A stretch of DNA of 64,000 bases. Source: Candidatus Collierbacteria bacterium GW2011_GWB1_44_6. GTDB taxonomy: Bacteria; Patescibacteriota; Microgenomatia; UBA1400; MFAQ01. The stretch lies in NCBI GenBank assembly GCA_000998025.1, contig LCJG01000002.1, forward strand, positions 891 through 64,890, in the 5' to 3' direction. The position numbers were made by a program, and so were the translations under genes. The notes beneath the pieces are model-generated. The model did no database searches and was not told where the DNA came from. It worked only from the letters and a program-made list of their open reading frames with translations. Positions 9,739-18,670 of the stretch are shown piece after piece; the first letter of the stretch is position 1; every line of letters begins with the position of its first letter.

Positions 9739-10972
9739 GGAGAAGGGCGTTTATTTTTGCCGATGAAGCTATAAGTACAAAAATATTGGAAGCTAAGAGG
9801 GAAATGGCGGGAGCGTGATATCCCACTTTGGGGATCAGAATAAGATCAAGAACGACCAAGATGGTGGTCTGGATAGCCACCATTCTGGTGTAGAAAGATA
9901 ACTGATTAAAGGCGTAGATGAGGACAGAGTTAAAAATAATGATATACAAAAAAGGAACCATGGCCAGGATCAGATTGCGGAAAACGGAGATCGACTCCGT
10001 ATACTTTTCACCGTAAACCAGAGTAATGATGGGGCCTGCAAAAAGAGAGATGATCGCCATGAAGGCGGCGATGCCCGAAACGAGTAATAATAATTTTTTC
10101 ATATAGGAAACCGTCTTTGAGTGAGAATCAAATGAGGAGAAGCGCGGGTTGATGACCGAGTTTAGCCCTGCGGCCAACATGGCGAAAAATATCGTCACCC
10201 GGCTGGCAGCGGAGAAGATGCCGGCGGAGTAATTCCCTGCCATGAGGTTCAATAGAACAATATCGATCCGGGAAGTCATCACGGTAAAGATGCGGGAAAC
10301 AGCTATCCACTTGGAAAAATGAAATATGTTCCAAAAGGCATCTTTAAAAAAATCTAGCTCGATCGTATAAAGTTGTTTACCAAAGGTGATTAGTAGGGCA
10401 ATGAAGGTAGATATAATGTTGGCTATTAAGGCATTTCCTATGGTCAACTTACCCATCTTAAAGATGACCAAGACGATCAAAATCTTGACCGCACTATCAA
10501 TTATTTGGCTGGCTGAATAAGACCAGAATTTACGGCCAGCGGTAAAAAACCCCTGGGTGTAAATAATCAAAAGATAATTAAAGGAGATAATTCCGGTGAG
10601 AATGAAATCTGTCTGCAATGACCCAGGTACGACCAGATTGCTGACAAACGAAACAGTGCCAAACAAAAGAAGAACAAGTACTCCGATAGCAAATTCCAGC
10701 CAAAAGCTGGTCGCCAGATATTGATATTTATCAATGTGTTTTTTGGGTAAAAAATTGACTAGCGAACTGGAAATACCCAAGTCCCCCAAACTGAAGACGA
10801 TGGCCGCGAGTGCCGTCAAAGCAGAATAAACGCCGAAGTTAACCGGCCCCAGACTCCTGGCCAGCAGAATGGTATAGACAAAGCCGATGACCGCCGACAC
10901 ACCTAGGCCGATTGCCACAACAAAAGAGTCCTTGATTGTCTGCGTCTTGAGAATACCAATAATTTTCTTCAC
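9725..10972 (-). CDS. Wzx-like oligosaccharide flippase (MOP/polysaccharide biosynthesis protein family)
   Basis: 415 aa with about 12 TM helices. The N-terminus has the Wzx-like pattern (KDSFVVAIGLGVSAVIGFVYTILLARSLGPVNFGVY). Confidence 0.55.
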   Translation of the reverse strand: MKKIIGILKTQTIKDSFVVAIGLGVSAVIGFVYTILLARSLGPVNFGVYSALTALAAIVFSLGDLGISSSLVNFLPKKHIDKYQYLATSFWLEFAIGVLVLLLFGTVSFVSNLVVPGSLQTDFILTGIISFNYLLIIYTQGFFTAGRKFWSYSASQIIDSAVKILIVLVIFKMGKLTIGNALIANIISTFIALLITFGKQLYTIELDFFKDAFWNIFHFSKWIAVSRIFTVMTSRIDIVLLNLMAGNYSAGIFSAASRVTIFFAMLAAGLNSVINPRFSSFDSHSKTVSYMKKLLLLVSGIAAFMAIISLFAGPIITLVYGEKYTESISVFRNLILAMVPFLYIIIFNSVLIYAFNQLSFYTRMVAIQTTILVVLDLILIPKVGYHAPAISLLASNIFVLIASSAKINALLHEKS

Positions 10973-11008
10973 TACTATATCTTACAATCCCGATGTACGA
11001 TATATCTA

Positions 11009-12835
11009 ATGGAATCATCCTTACCAGAAAAAGAACGCTTTGGAGTGAAATATATAATTTATTCTGATTTTGAAAGGACTGTAAAACCAATTGACCAAAT
11101 GATGGCTGCGACTGGTCTTTCAAGCAATGAATTGATTGGCACAGATCAACAAAAGACGTTAATAGTTGGATGGATAGACCAAAGAACGGAGTTGGCTGAG
11201 AGGTATAGGATAGTAGTAACCGAAACTGACTTTGTACCTGGAAAACTAGCGTCTAACATTTTTGATGTGAGGAAAGTATACGATGGTTTATTTCTTGGCA
11301 TGGACGGTTTATATGTATTGCATTCATCACTATCAAATAAAAAAGATCCAAATATTTCAAGTTTAAATGAAAAATGGATCGAACTAGAAAGACAAATTGA
11401 TTCAACAGCTTTGACTCTTTCTTATTCTCGTAAAGAAGGGAGCGACCCTGAGTATGACAATAAGCTTGATATTGTTGTGCGGACCATACGAGAGATAAGT
11501 ACGTTTATTGAAGAAATTAAAGATGCGACAACAGACGAAGATATCAAAGTATATTTATCCAGATCAATGTTGGCTGCACAGTCCATAACCGACTCTTTAA
11601 AAGAGATTCCTATCAGCAAGAAGATCAGAGAAGAATTGCGTGAATATTCACAAGGGCTAAGGGAGAATGGACTAAGCGAAATGAGGATTTATCAGAAAGA
11701 GCATATATATAAAAGAGAACTACTGCAACGTTACGCGGGGAAAAAAGACATAAAGTCGTCCTCCCTAGTATCTTCTCTATTTCCAGAGCTTCCATTTGGG
11801 AAAAATAGCTTCGATAGGATACTTATTCCAGATACGCTTTCAATAAGAATTCTTCACCATATGAATCTAGATGACTTTAACGAAGTCTTTACTTCGATTT
11901 CTAGTATTCTAAAAGAGGAAGGCCACGCAACAATATTTCCTATTAGAAACGCTCCTGAAAAATCACAAAAATTTAATCGTGGCGCGTTGATAGGCTCTCT
12001 TGAGGCCTTAGTCGTGGACAGCCATGGAATGGTATCTTGGGAAATTAAAAACTCAGATGAAGAGGCTCTGGAAGAAGTACTAATTATCAAAAAACATTCT
12101 TCATCAAACAAAGAAGCCTTGGAAAAAGCATTAAAGTACCTTGAGGTAATTAATAAAGAAAATGAAAAAATCGTTTCAAACTTATCGAGATGGTTTAAAG
12201 AAGGTGCGAAGAACCTTCTGGATACAGGAGCCATCCTTATAAACGATGGAGTGGTGTTTGTAAGATGTTTAATTACTCCTCATTTGCTAGCAGATGATAC
12301 CCCGATTGTCTTGGTTTCTCCAGATCCGGTTCGTCAAAAAACGCTTGGTATCGGCGCTCTTCATGACTCTGTCTACATTGATCTGGTAAACGAAAGCCAG
12401 AAACGAGGGGAGGAAGCTAGAAAAAAAATGATGGATCGATTCCAATTTACTGACTTTACAGAAGCCTATTTAGAATTTACCCCTAAGGAAAATGGGTGTT
12501 TCTTGGGAAAATTTGATCTTTCTGTAAAATATTATTATGGAGACTTGCCACACGTATTTGAAGATCCTAAATTCCTAGATAAACTAGTACGTATATATAA
12601 CATCAGTAGTGTTGGAGATACAATACAAGATTTGAATATTGTAAAAATTATTCGTGAAGCAAACATTACGAGTGAGATAAACTCCCGGATCAAAAAAATG
12701 GAAGATAAAATGTTTTCCTCTTCGGATATCACGACATACCGGAGACTGGCTACTCTTGCTTACATAGAGGGGTCACTAAAGCCGGACTCTCAGGCATGGA
12801 ACAAACTGAAAGAGTTAGAGGCGGAATTTATTTAG
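11009..12835 (+). CDS. large hypothetical cytoplasmic protein (608 aa), orphan
   Basis: Long uninterrupted ORF on the opposite strand to the flanking operons. No TM helices. K/E-rich. I recognise no domain. There is only a weak MTase motif II/III-like stretch (FDRILIPDTLSIRILHHM...ILKEEGHATIFPI) with no motif I. Confidence 0.5.
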   Translation: MESSLPEKERFGVKYIIYSDFERTVKPIDQMMAATGLSSNELIGTDQQKTLIVGWIDQRTELAERYRIVVTETDFVPGKLASNIFDVRKVYDGLFLGMDGLYVLHSSLSNKKDPNISSLNEKWIELERQIDSTALTLSYSRKEGSDPEYDNKLDIVVRTIREISTFIEEIKDATTDEDIKVYLSRSMLAAQSITDSLKEIPISKKIREELREYSQGLRENGLSEMRIYQKEHIYKRELLQRYAGKKDIKSSSLVSSLFPELPFGKNSFDRILIPDTLSIRILHHMNLDDFNEVFTSISSILKEEGHATIFPIRNAPEKSQKFNRGALIGSLEALVVDSHGMVSWEIKNSDEEALEEVLIIKKHSSSNKEALEKALKYLEVINKENEKIVSNLSRWFKEGAKNLLDTGAILINDGVVFVRCLITPHLLADDTPIVLVSPDPVRQKTLGIGALHDSVYIDLVNESQKRGEEARKKMMDRFQFTDFTEAYLEFTPKENGCFLGKFDLSVKYYYGDLPHVFEDPKFLDKLVRIYNISSVGDTIQDLNIVKIIREANITSEINSRIKKMEDKMFSSSDITTYRRLATLAYIEGSLKPDSQAWNKLKELEAEFI

Positions 12836-13760
12836 ATCTGTACCAATCCAGTAAGTCTTTGAGGGTTTGTTCGATGGGGATTTCGGGGGTCCAGCCGGTT
12901 TCGGTAGTAATTTTGGCGTGAGAACCGATAATAACAGGCACGTCGGAGGGATTGTTTCTAGTGGGGTCGATTGAATGTTCAATTTTTACGTAGGCGTTTT
13001 TTATCAAACCCTGATAGATATCTCCGGTAGAGATCGCTTTCCCCGAACATACGTTATACCTCTCCCCAGTTTTTCCTTTATCCAGTAATAAGCGGTATGC
13101 ACGAACCACATCACGTACATCAGTATAATCCCGCAAATTTTCCAAGTATCCGGTCAATAGGAGGGGTGCTTTGTTTCCTTTTTCGATTTCGACAATTTGA
13201 GTTGCGATATCCGAAGCGAGGAAACCAACTCCTTGTCCGGGTCCTGTGTGACTGAATGAGGCTGAGTAAACTATATCAATTTTGTTTACCCGGACATAGG
13301 CTTTTGCTGTGTAATAACAAGCTAATTTACTGATCGCATATGGGCTTCTCGGATCAAAACCGGTTTCTTCGGTAATGGGAAGCTTATCTTCAGGAACATC
13401 CCCATATTCTACCGAGGAACCGACCAATAAAGTTCTAGGGTGGTAGCCGGGGTTATTTTTTATGGATTCTAGAAGATTTACGGTTCCAATGGTATTTATT
13501 TCAAAAGTTTTTTTGGGTGAGGTCCAAGAGTGGTGGGGGCTTGGTTGGGCGGCGAGATGAAAAATATAATCCGGACGAAGATTTTTCATTAAATTGTCGA
13601 CTTTTTCAGTATCAGTGATATCACAAACGAATACTTTATCCGATTTTATCTCCGGCTCGTTCAATGATGTTCCAAAAACTTTGTAACCATTACTTTCCAG
13701 TTCTTTCCACAGGTGTCTACCCACAAATCCTTCACTACCGGTGATTAGTGCTTTTTTCAT
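12828..13760 (-). CDS. rmd: GDP-4-dehydro-6-deoxy-D-mannose reductase (Rmd-like extended SDR)
   Basis: ITGSEGFVGRHL, NTIGTVNLL, SPYAISKLACYY (YxxxK), FSHTGPGQ, YTDVRDVVRAYRLLLDKGKTGERYNVCSG and GSHAKITTETGWTPEI align motif-by-motif with Pseudomonas Rmd as I recall it. It lies next to gmd. Confidence 0.7.
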   Translation of the reverse strand: MKKALITGSEGFVGRHLWKELESNGYKVFGTSLNEPEIKSDKVFVCDITDTEKVDNLMKNLRPDYIFHLAAQPSPHHSWTSPKKTFEINTIGTVNLLESIKNNPGYHPRTLLVGSSVEYGDVPEDKLPITEETGFDPRSPYAISKLACYYTAKAYVRVNKIDIVYSASFSHTGPGQGVGFLASDIATQIVEIEKGNKAPLLLTGYLENLRDYTDVRDVVRAYRLLLDKGKTGERYNVCSGKAISTGDIYQGLIKNAYVKIEHSIDPTRNNPSDVPVIIGSHAKITTETGWTPEIPIEQTLKDLLDWYRSK

Positions 13761-13780
13761 TAATTTTCTAAAAACAAAAA

Positions 13781-14764
13781 TTAATAACCATAGATCCCTC
13801 TTTCGGGAAGTTTACCACCATTTAAGACCCGCAGCCTGTCCATCATTAGAGTGTAGCTAATTTGGTCTAGACCGTTTAACTGCCTGAAACCCAGCTCCTC
13901 AAGTAGCTCAATGTCAAAACGGATGTCTTTTATTTTTGCGAGACCACCAAATCTTGGATCAGGCTCCCCGGGTTTGTCTGGCCGTCCAACTACCCTAGCC
14001 ATCGAAAGGAAGAAATCCTCAAGGCTGGGGCTATATCCACTGGTAACCAAAAAACGATCACCGATATCTACTCTCTTACTGGTCATGGCATAGAAAAAAA
14101 TACTAGCGGCATCCTTTGAGTGCAGAAATGGCCTATTCTGTTTGAGATCGCCGTGAACGATTTTTTCCTCACCACGAACAAACTGATCCATAATATCCGG
14201 CCCGATAAAGCCCAAACGTTGACCCTCCCCTGTCGTGTTTCCAATAAACGAGAATCTGATATCAATGTCAGGCAAATATTTCAAGGCGTCATAGAACATA
14301 TTATTTTTGCTTAGGACATAAGTATCTCCATTTTCTTTCAGTGGATGGTGAACACTAATCAGGCCAGACTCTTTGATGTCGAATTGGAGAACTGAGCATG
14401 GTAGGATCACTATTGGCCTTTTTTCCCTTGGTAATTTTTTGACTGATTCCAACATTTGTATTACTCCAAGGTGATTAACTTGGTCTGCGAGTATGGGATT
14501 CTCTTTAGCTATTCTCGGATCAGATATACCGGCCAGACAAATAATCACATCGAAACCACCTTTCGCAATAACTTCATCGGCAGTTTCCGGGTGACGAAAG
14601 TCAACATAATGAATGCCATCGCGTATTGATGCCCGTCCCATTTCGGTACTGGTAATCTCAACCTTAAAACCACGTTGAGTGAGACCGCTATCGGTTGCCC
14701 GACCTATCATTCCATCCCCTCCAGGAATAAGAATTTTCCCTTCAGCGAATTCAGATCTGCTCAT
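13781..14764 (-). CDS. NAD-dependent epimerase/dehydratase family protein (divergent extended SDR)
   Basis: GGDGMIG (GxxGxxG) near the N-terminus and YVLSK (YxxxK). 327 aa. Sits between rmd and gmd. Confidence 0.5.
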   Translation of the reverse strand: MSRSEFAEGKILIPGGDGMIGRATDSGLTQRGFKVEITSTEMGRASIRDGIHYVDFRHPETADEVIAKGGFDVIICLAGISDPRIAKENPILADQVNHLGVIQMLESVKKLPREKRPIVILPCSVLQFDIKESGLISVHHPLKENGDTYVLSKNNMFYDALKYLPDIDIRFSFIGNTTGEGQRLGFIGPDIMDQFVRGEEKIVHGDLKQNRPFLHSKDAASIFFYAMTSKRVDIGDRFLVTSGYSPSLEDFFLSMARVVGRPDKPGEPDPRFGGLAKIKDIRFDIELLEELGFRQLNGLDQISYTLMMDRLRVLNGGKLPERGIYGY

Positions 14765-14769
14765 GTGGT

Positions 14770-15798
14770 CTATTTTACATTATGAGATTTTAACCATTCG
14801 ATGTCGGCATCGACCATGATCTCCATTAGCTCTTTCATAAAGACTTTTGGCTCCCAGCCAAGTTCTTTTTTGGCCAAGGAGTAATCCCCTCTCATATCGG
14901 TAATTTCGGTGGGGCGGAGTAACCGCTCATTGGACATGACATGGTCTTCCCAGTTCATACCCACATGATCGAAAGCAGCTTTACAGGCATCTTTTATAGA
15001 ATAGTTGGTATCGGTGCCAATGACGTAGTCTTTGGGTTTCTCCTGCTGGAGCATGAGCCACATCGCTTCCACATAATCCTTGGAATAGCCCCAGTCGCGC
15101 ATGGCGTTTAGGTCGCCGAGGTGGATTCTGCCCTGAGCGTCCACCATAGGTTCTCCGAGTTCGTTGACAGGAGGATTTTGGATGCCAAGCTTGATACAGG
15201 CGACACCCATGGAAATTTTGCGGGTGACGAAGTGCAATGAACGGCGGGGTGACTCGTGATTGAAAAGAATTCCACCGCAAACGAACATGCCGTAAGATTC
15301 ACGATAGCAATTGATCATCATGTGAGCGTAGGCTTTGGCAATTCCGTAAGGATTGTTAGCAAAAAGTGGAGTGGACTCATTGGCTCTATCAACACCTTTT
15401 ACCCCGCCAAGAATTTCTCTCGAAGTGGCTTGATAGACTTTGGCATGAGGAGCAAAGTGGCGGACGGCTTCAAAAACTCGGACAGGTCCTAGGGCAGTAA
15501 CTTCGCCGGTATAGAAGGGATGAGACCAAGCGTCTCCCGGGACGGACTGGGCCGCGATATTGTAAACCTCGTCGGGCTGGTACTTGATCATGACTCGATT
15601 GAGTGACTCCTGATCGATCAGGTCGGCTGCTTCCAAAATAATTTTGCCTTTCAGGTGCTCGATGTTTTCGTGAACCATGGCGGTGGAGCGGCGGATGGAG
15701 CCAACTACTTTGTACCCTTTCTCAAGTAGTAGTTCTGCTAGATATGAACCATCTTGGGAAGAGACTCCTACGATGACTGCCGTTTTTTGTTTTTCCAT
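14770..15798 (-). CDS. gmd: GDP-mannose 4,6-dehydratase
   Basis: AVIVGVSSQDGSYLAELLLEKGYKVVGSIRRS and YGIAKAYAHMMINCYRESYGMFVCGGILFNHESPRRSLHFVTRKI match Gmd almost motif for motif. Confidence 0.9.
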   Translation of the reverse strand: MEKQKTAVIVGVSSQDGSYLAELLLEKGYKVVGSIRRSTAMVHENIEHLKGKIILEAADLIDQESLNRVMIKYQPDEVYNIAAQSVPGDAWSHPFYTGEVTALGPVRVFEAVRHFAPHAKVYQATSREILGGVKGVDRANESTPLFANNPYGIAKAYAHMMINCYRESYGMFVCGGILFNHESPRRSLHFVTRKISMGVACIKLGIQNPPVNELGEPMVDAQGRIHLGDLNAMRDWGYSKDYVEAMWLMLQQEKPKDYVIGTDTNYSIKDACKAAFDHVGMNWEDHVMSNERLLRPTEITDMRGDYSLAKKELGWEPKVFMKELMEIMVDADIEWLKSHNVK

Positions 15799-15822
15799 AA
15801 TAGCTATTTTATCTTAATAATC

Positions 15823-16569
15823 CTATTTCTTCTTTAGAACAGTAAAGATTGAGATGCCGATGGGATAGCTGATATATTTCATCAGCTTAATTTCGGTGAC
15901 AAAGATAATTTTGAGAAGGTCATTTATCAAACTTTTCTTGGCTATATCATAGTTGAGCTTGGAATCGTAACTGTTGACCTTTTTGAAGGGTTTCAAACGT
16001 CCCAGAAGCCGTAGGAGGATGATTGCTGGCGACAGAAAGAAATTGAAGTAACTGATCCTATCGATAGCCAACCGGGTTTTTATAGCAAGCCAGCGCATCC
16101 TACTCCTGGTATATCTCCGGAAGTGGCCCTGCTCGCTGTCGTGCTCTGACCAGATAAATTGAAGTGCCGGAGTAGTGATAATAATCTTGCCACCTTTCTT
16201 TAGAACACGTTTGGCTTCCAAGAGTATCCCCGAGTCATCTTCGATATGTTCAATCACATCCAAAAGAAGGACGTAGTCAAAGGAGTTGGCGTTAAAAGGG
16301 AGTTTTTTTGCATCGACCAGGCGAATGTTTTTGTGGCCTCTTTTCCGAGCAAAGTCGATGGCTACCGGCATATTGTCTATACCGTAGAGTTTGGGCTTAT
16401 CCAAGCAACCCTCCAAGAAAGTAAGTGTCTCACCGGTACCGCAGCCGATGTCCAGTATTTTTAAACCGGGTTTTTTTTCGAGTGATTGCCGGAGGATCTG
16501 CCTGCGGCCTTCCCACCACCAGTGGATTTTTTCGATTTCATGGAAATGTCGAAGCAGTTTTTCGTTCAT
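15823..16569 (-). CDS. class I SAM-dependent methyltransferase
   Basis: LKILDIGCGTGETLTFL and VLLLDVIEHIEDD. Confidence 0.8.
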   Translation of the reverse strand: MNEKLLRHFHEIEKIHWWWEGRRQILRQSLEKKPGLKILDIGCGTGETLTFLEGCLDKPKLYGIDNMPVAIDFARKRGHKNIRLVDAKKLPFNANSFDYVLLLDVIEHIEDDSGILLEAKRVLKKGGKIIITTPALQFIWSEHDSEQGHFRRYTRSRMRWLAIKTRLAIDRISYFNFFLSPAIILLRLLGRLKPFKKVNSYDSKLNYDIAKKSLINDLLKIIFVTEIKLMKYISYPIGISIFTVLKKK

Positions 16570-16624
16570 GACTTGTTTTTGATTTTATCTGTAAGAAAGT
16601 AAAAATGATACCTGGAGTGTAACT

Positions 16625-17623
16625 CTATATTTCCCGTATGACCTCGAATCCCTTGTAGCTTCCAACTACCGCTAGGCCAATTACTTTTTTTGCCGTCCCC
16701 GCCTGTTTCAATTTCTGAGCAGTTTCATTTAGCGTAGCTCCGGACCCAACAGCATCATCAATCAGCAACACATTATCGTATTTCTTGTTTTCATCTTTCA
16801 AAAAGATTGACCCTCGAGCGTTTGTGATACGATCTTCAAGTTTGGATAGTGACTTTTGAGCCACCGGTATATCTCCGACATAGGCTTTAACCAATTCAAT
16901 TCTATGGAGTTTAATCTTTGCAAGTTTTTCCATTTCTTTCTGAAATTGATACTTTCTGGGAATGGTAGGGGGGATAAAACCAACAGCATCAATCTTATAT
17001 CGCTTAATAATGTCTTGTATGACGTGTTTAAATTGTGGAAATATTTCTTCTATGAGAGTAATTTTTTGGGTTTGCTTGGCGTATAGAACCAGCTGACCAA
17101 GCTTGGTTTTTCCAAATTTTGGTAGGCTGTAAAAATCCAAGTAATAAAGTTTATCGAGAAGGGTGTCTGGGAAAACTGCTTTAATTCTTTCTGTGGCGTT
17201 AATATATCCAAATCTATTAATAAAGACATTGGCTTGAGTCCGATTGTGAACGTACTCGACTGCGAGATTAGCTGCCCTCTTTTCTTCTTTTATATCTTTA
17301 ACCCACCTAAGGAAACCAGCAACTCCCTGAAGGACTTCTCCCAAGGGCGTGACATACAAATATTCGCTTTCAATGACATCCTTGATTTTTTTGGGAATTT
17401 CCAAGTCTTGTGGCACCACGGTCAAATCACCGTTCATGTAAATATAAAACACAAGTGGAGGCTTACCAACCCTAGCAACTCTTCCCTCAGAAAGAAGGCT
17501 CTTGAGATATCTGTGTATAAGAACCTTACTGATTCTAAATTGTCGCCAAAGATCATCCACTCGAGTTTGACCTCGAGCCTGAATAAACTGAACTATTTGT
17601 TCCTTATAATTTTGATTCGACAT
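16625..17623 (-). CDS. winged-HTH fused to a ComF-family phosphoribosyltransferase-fold protein
   Basis: The N-terminal roughly 65 aa are a DeoR/MarR-like wHTH (IVQFIQARGQTRVDDLWRQFRISKVLIHRYLKSLLSEGRV). The centre and C-terminus follow the ComF pattern: IDAVGFIPPTIPRK, then PVAQKSLSKLEDRITNARGSIF, then the type I PRTase PRPP loop VLLIDDAVGSGATLNE. Confidence 0.55.
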   Translation of the reverse strand: MSNQNYKEQIVQFIQARGQTRVDDLWRQFRISKVLIHRYLKSLLSEGRVARVGKPPLVFYIYMNGDLTVVPQDLEIPKKIKDVIESEYLYVTPLGEVLQGVAGFLRWVKDIKEEKRAANLAVEYVHNRTQANVFINRFGYINATERIKAVFPDTLLDKLYYLDFYSLPKFGKTKLGQLVLYAKQTQKITLIEEIFPQFKHVIQDIIKRYKIDAVGFIPPTIPRKYQFQKEMEKLAKIKLHRIELVKAYVGDIPVAQKSLSKLEDRITNARGSIFLKDENKKYDNVLLIDDAVGSGATLNETAQKLKQAGTAKKVIGLAVVGSYKGFEVIREI

Positions 17624-17643
17624 ATGTGTATTATATCACAAAG

Positions 17644-17680
17644 TTTACTGTTAACAGTTAAGTGTTAACTGTTAATAGTT
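17644..17680. promoter_or_regulatory. 25-bp near-perfect palindrome (operator-like) in the 5' region of the wHTH-ComF-like gene
   Basis: TTAACAGTTAA-GTG-TTAACTGTTAA has 11-bp inverted arms. It overlaps a 12-bp perfect palindrome ACTGTTAACAGT. GTTAAC occurs three times. It lies 20-60 bp upstream of the minus-strand start at 17623. Confidence 0.5.
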
Positions 17681-17762
17681 CGTGCCTAAATAGTCTCAGT
17701 TTGCAGCGATTTTAAGGATATTTATGGAAAAATTCTGCCAGCGTGACACTCACAAATGATAT

Positions 17763-18602
17763 TTAGTGTAAAGATTTTTGTTTATTAACAGGCTTAGTTT
17801 GCGGAAAATGGTTTTCTTTTGAACTAATCTTTGACCCACTGGCTTTTTCAATTTGTTTTCTAGTGTCACCGGCGATCTTCCCACCTTCTTTGGCATCTGT
17901 TCGAATCGGGCTGAACCCTTTGGAGTCTCTGTCTTTATGTAATTTTGTCGTTGTGGCTTCTGCCAGCATGGTAAGGATTAATTCCAAATCGTTCATGTGG
18001 TCTCGAAGATTTTCTTTTTCCAGTCCCTTGAAATTTTTATATTCACCGACTTTCATGTCAAAAGTTCCCTGCATGATTTCGTTGGTCAGTATGGCAAATT
18101 CACGGGTGTGCTTGATGCCCCTGTCTTTCCACTCGGTAGTTAGTTCCTGTCGCACTGCAATGCCCCTTGATCGTTTTTCAATCCACTCTTTTGTATATCC
18201 TTTCTTTTCATACAAAGACCTCATCCTCTCCATGGCCAATTCAGGATCATTTATTTCGTCAATTCTCTCTTTACCGATACGGGCAAGCCATTGCTTAAAG
18301 GGTTCTGCTTTGGGAGAGGGTATGGACTGGATTATCCTGAGCACCGTAGCTGTGTTGGCACAATCAGTCGTGTATTTTTTTCCGTCAGACGACATCATCT
18401 TCAGTTGTCCGATTTTTTCGGACAACTCAATATCGCCTTCTCTTTCTATCTTCTTCTTTAGATCGTTCCAATACTTTCTTGGTCTCTCGTTTTGAATTAG
18501 AGCCGCTACGACGTCTGTAATTGAAAACCACCAATCCTTTTTATGCCACACTCTCCTTACCTGTCTTTTTTCGAATAACGCAATCTCTTTTGCTTCTCCC
18601 AT
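17763..18602 (-). CDS. dinD: DinD-like DNA-damage-inducible protein (Bro-N N-terminal domain plus DinD C-terminal region)
   Basis: The N-terminal pattern (VRRVWHKKDWWFSITDVVAAL) is Bro-N-like. The remainder (...KQWLARIGKERIDEI...LYEKKGYTKEWIEKRSRGIAVRQELTTEWKDRGIKHTREFAILTNEIMQGTF...) parallels E. coli DinD as I recall it. Confidence 0.6.
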   Translation of the reverse strand: MGEAKEIALFEKRQVRRVWHKKDWWFSITDVVAALIQNERPRKYWNDLKKKIEREGDIELSEKIGQLKMMSSDGKKYTTDCANTATVLRIIQSIPSPKAEPFKQWLARIGKERIDEINDPELAMERMRSLYEKKGYTKEWIEKRSRGIAVRQELTTEWKDRGIKHTREFAILTNEIMQGTFDMKVGEYKNFKGLEKENLRDHMNDLELILTMLAEATTTKLHKDRDSKGFSPIRTDAKEGGKIAGDTRKQIEKASGSKISSKENHFPQTKPVNKQKSLH

Positions 18603-18670
18603 ATCTCAATCTAATTGTTAACTATCTCCATTAAATACCAAAGATTACCCGAATACAAGAGTTGGTTTAT

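Noticed and set aside
17648-17659. ACTGTTAACAGT as an E. coli-type LexA (SOS) box
   Set aside because: The half-sites match CTGT/ACAG, but the spacing is 2 bp instead of the required 8-10 bp. I kept it only as a generic operator-like palindrome.
17863-18495. 210-aa plus-strand ORF
   Set aside because: It lies entirely antisense within the dinD-like gene. It is Ser/Leu-rich and low-complexity, with no start context, so it is shadow-ORF noise.
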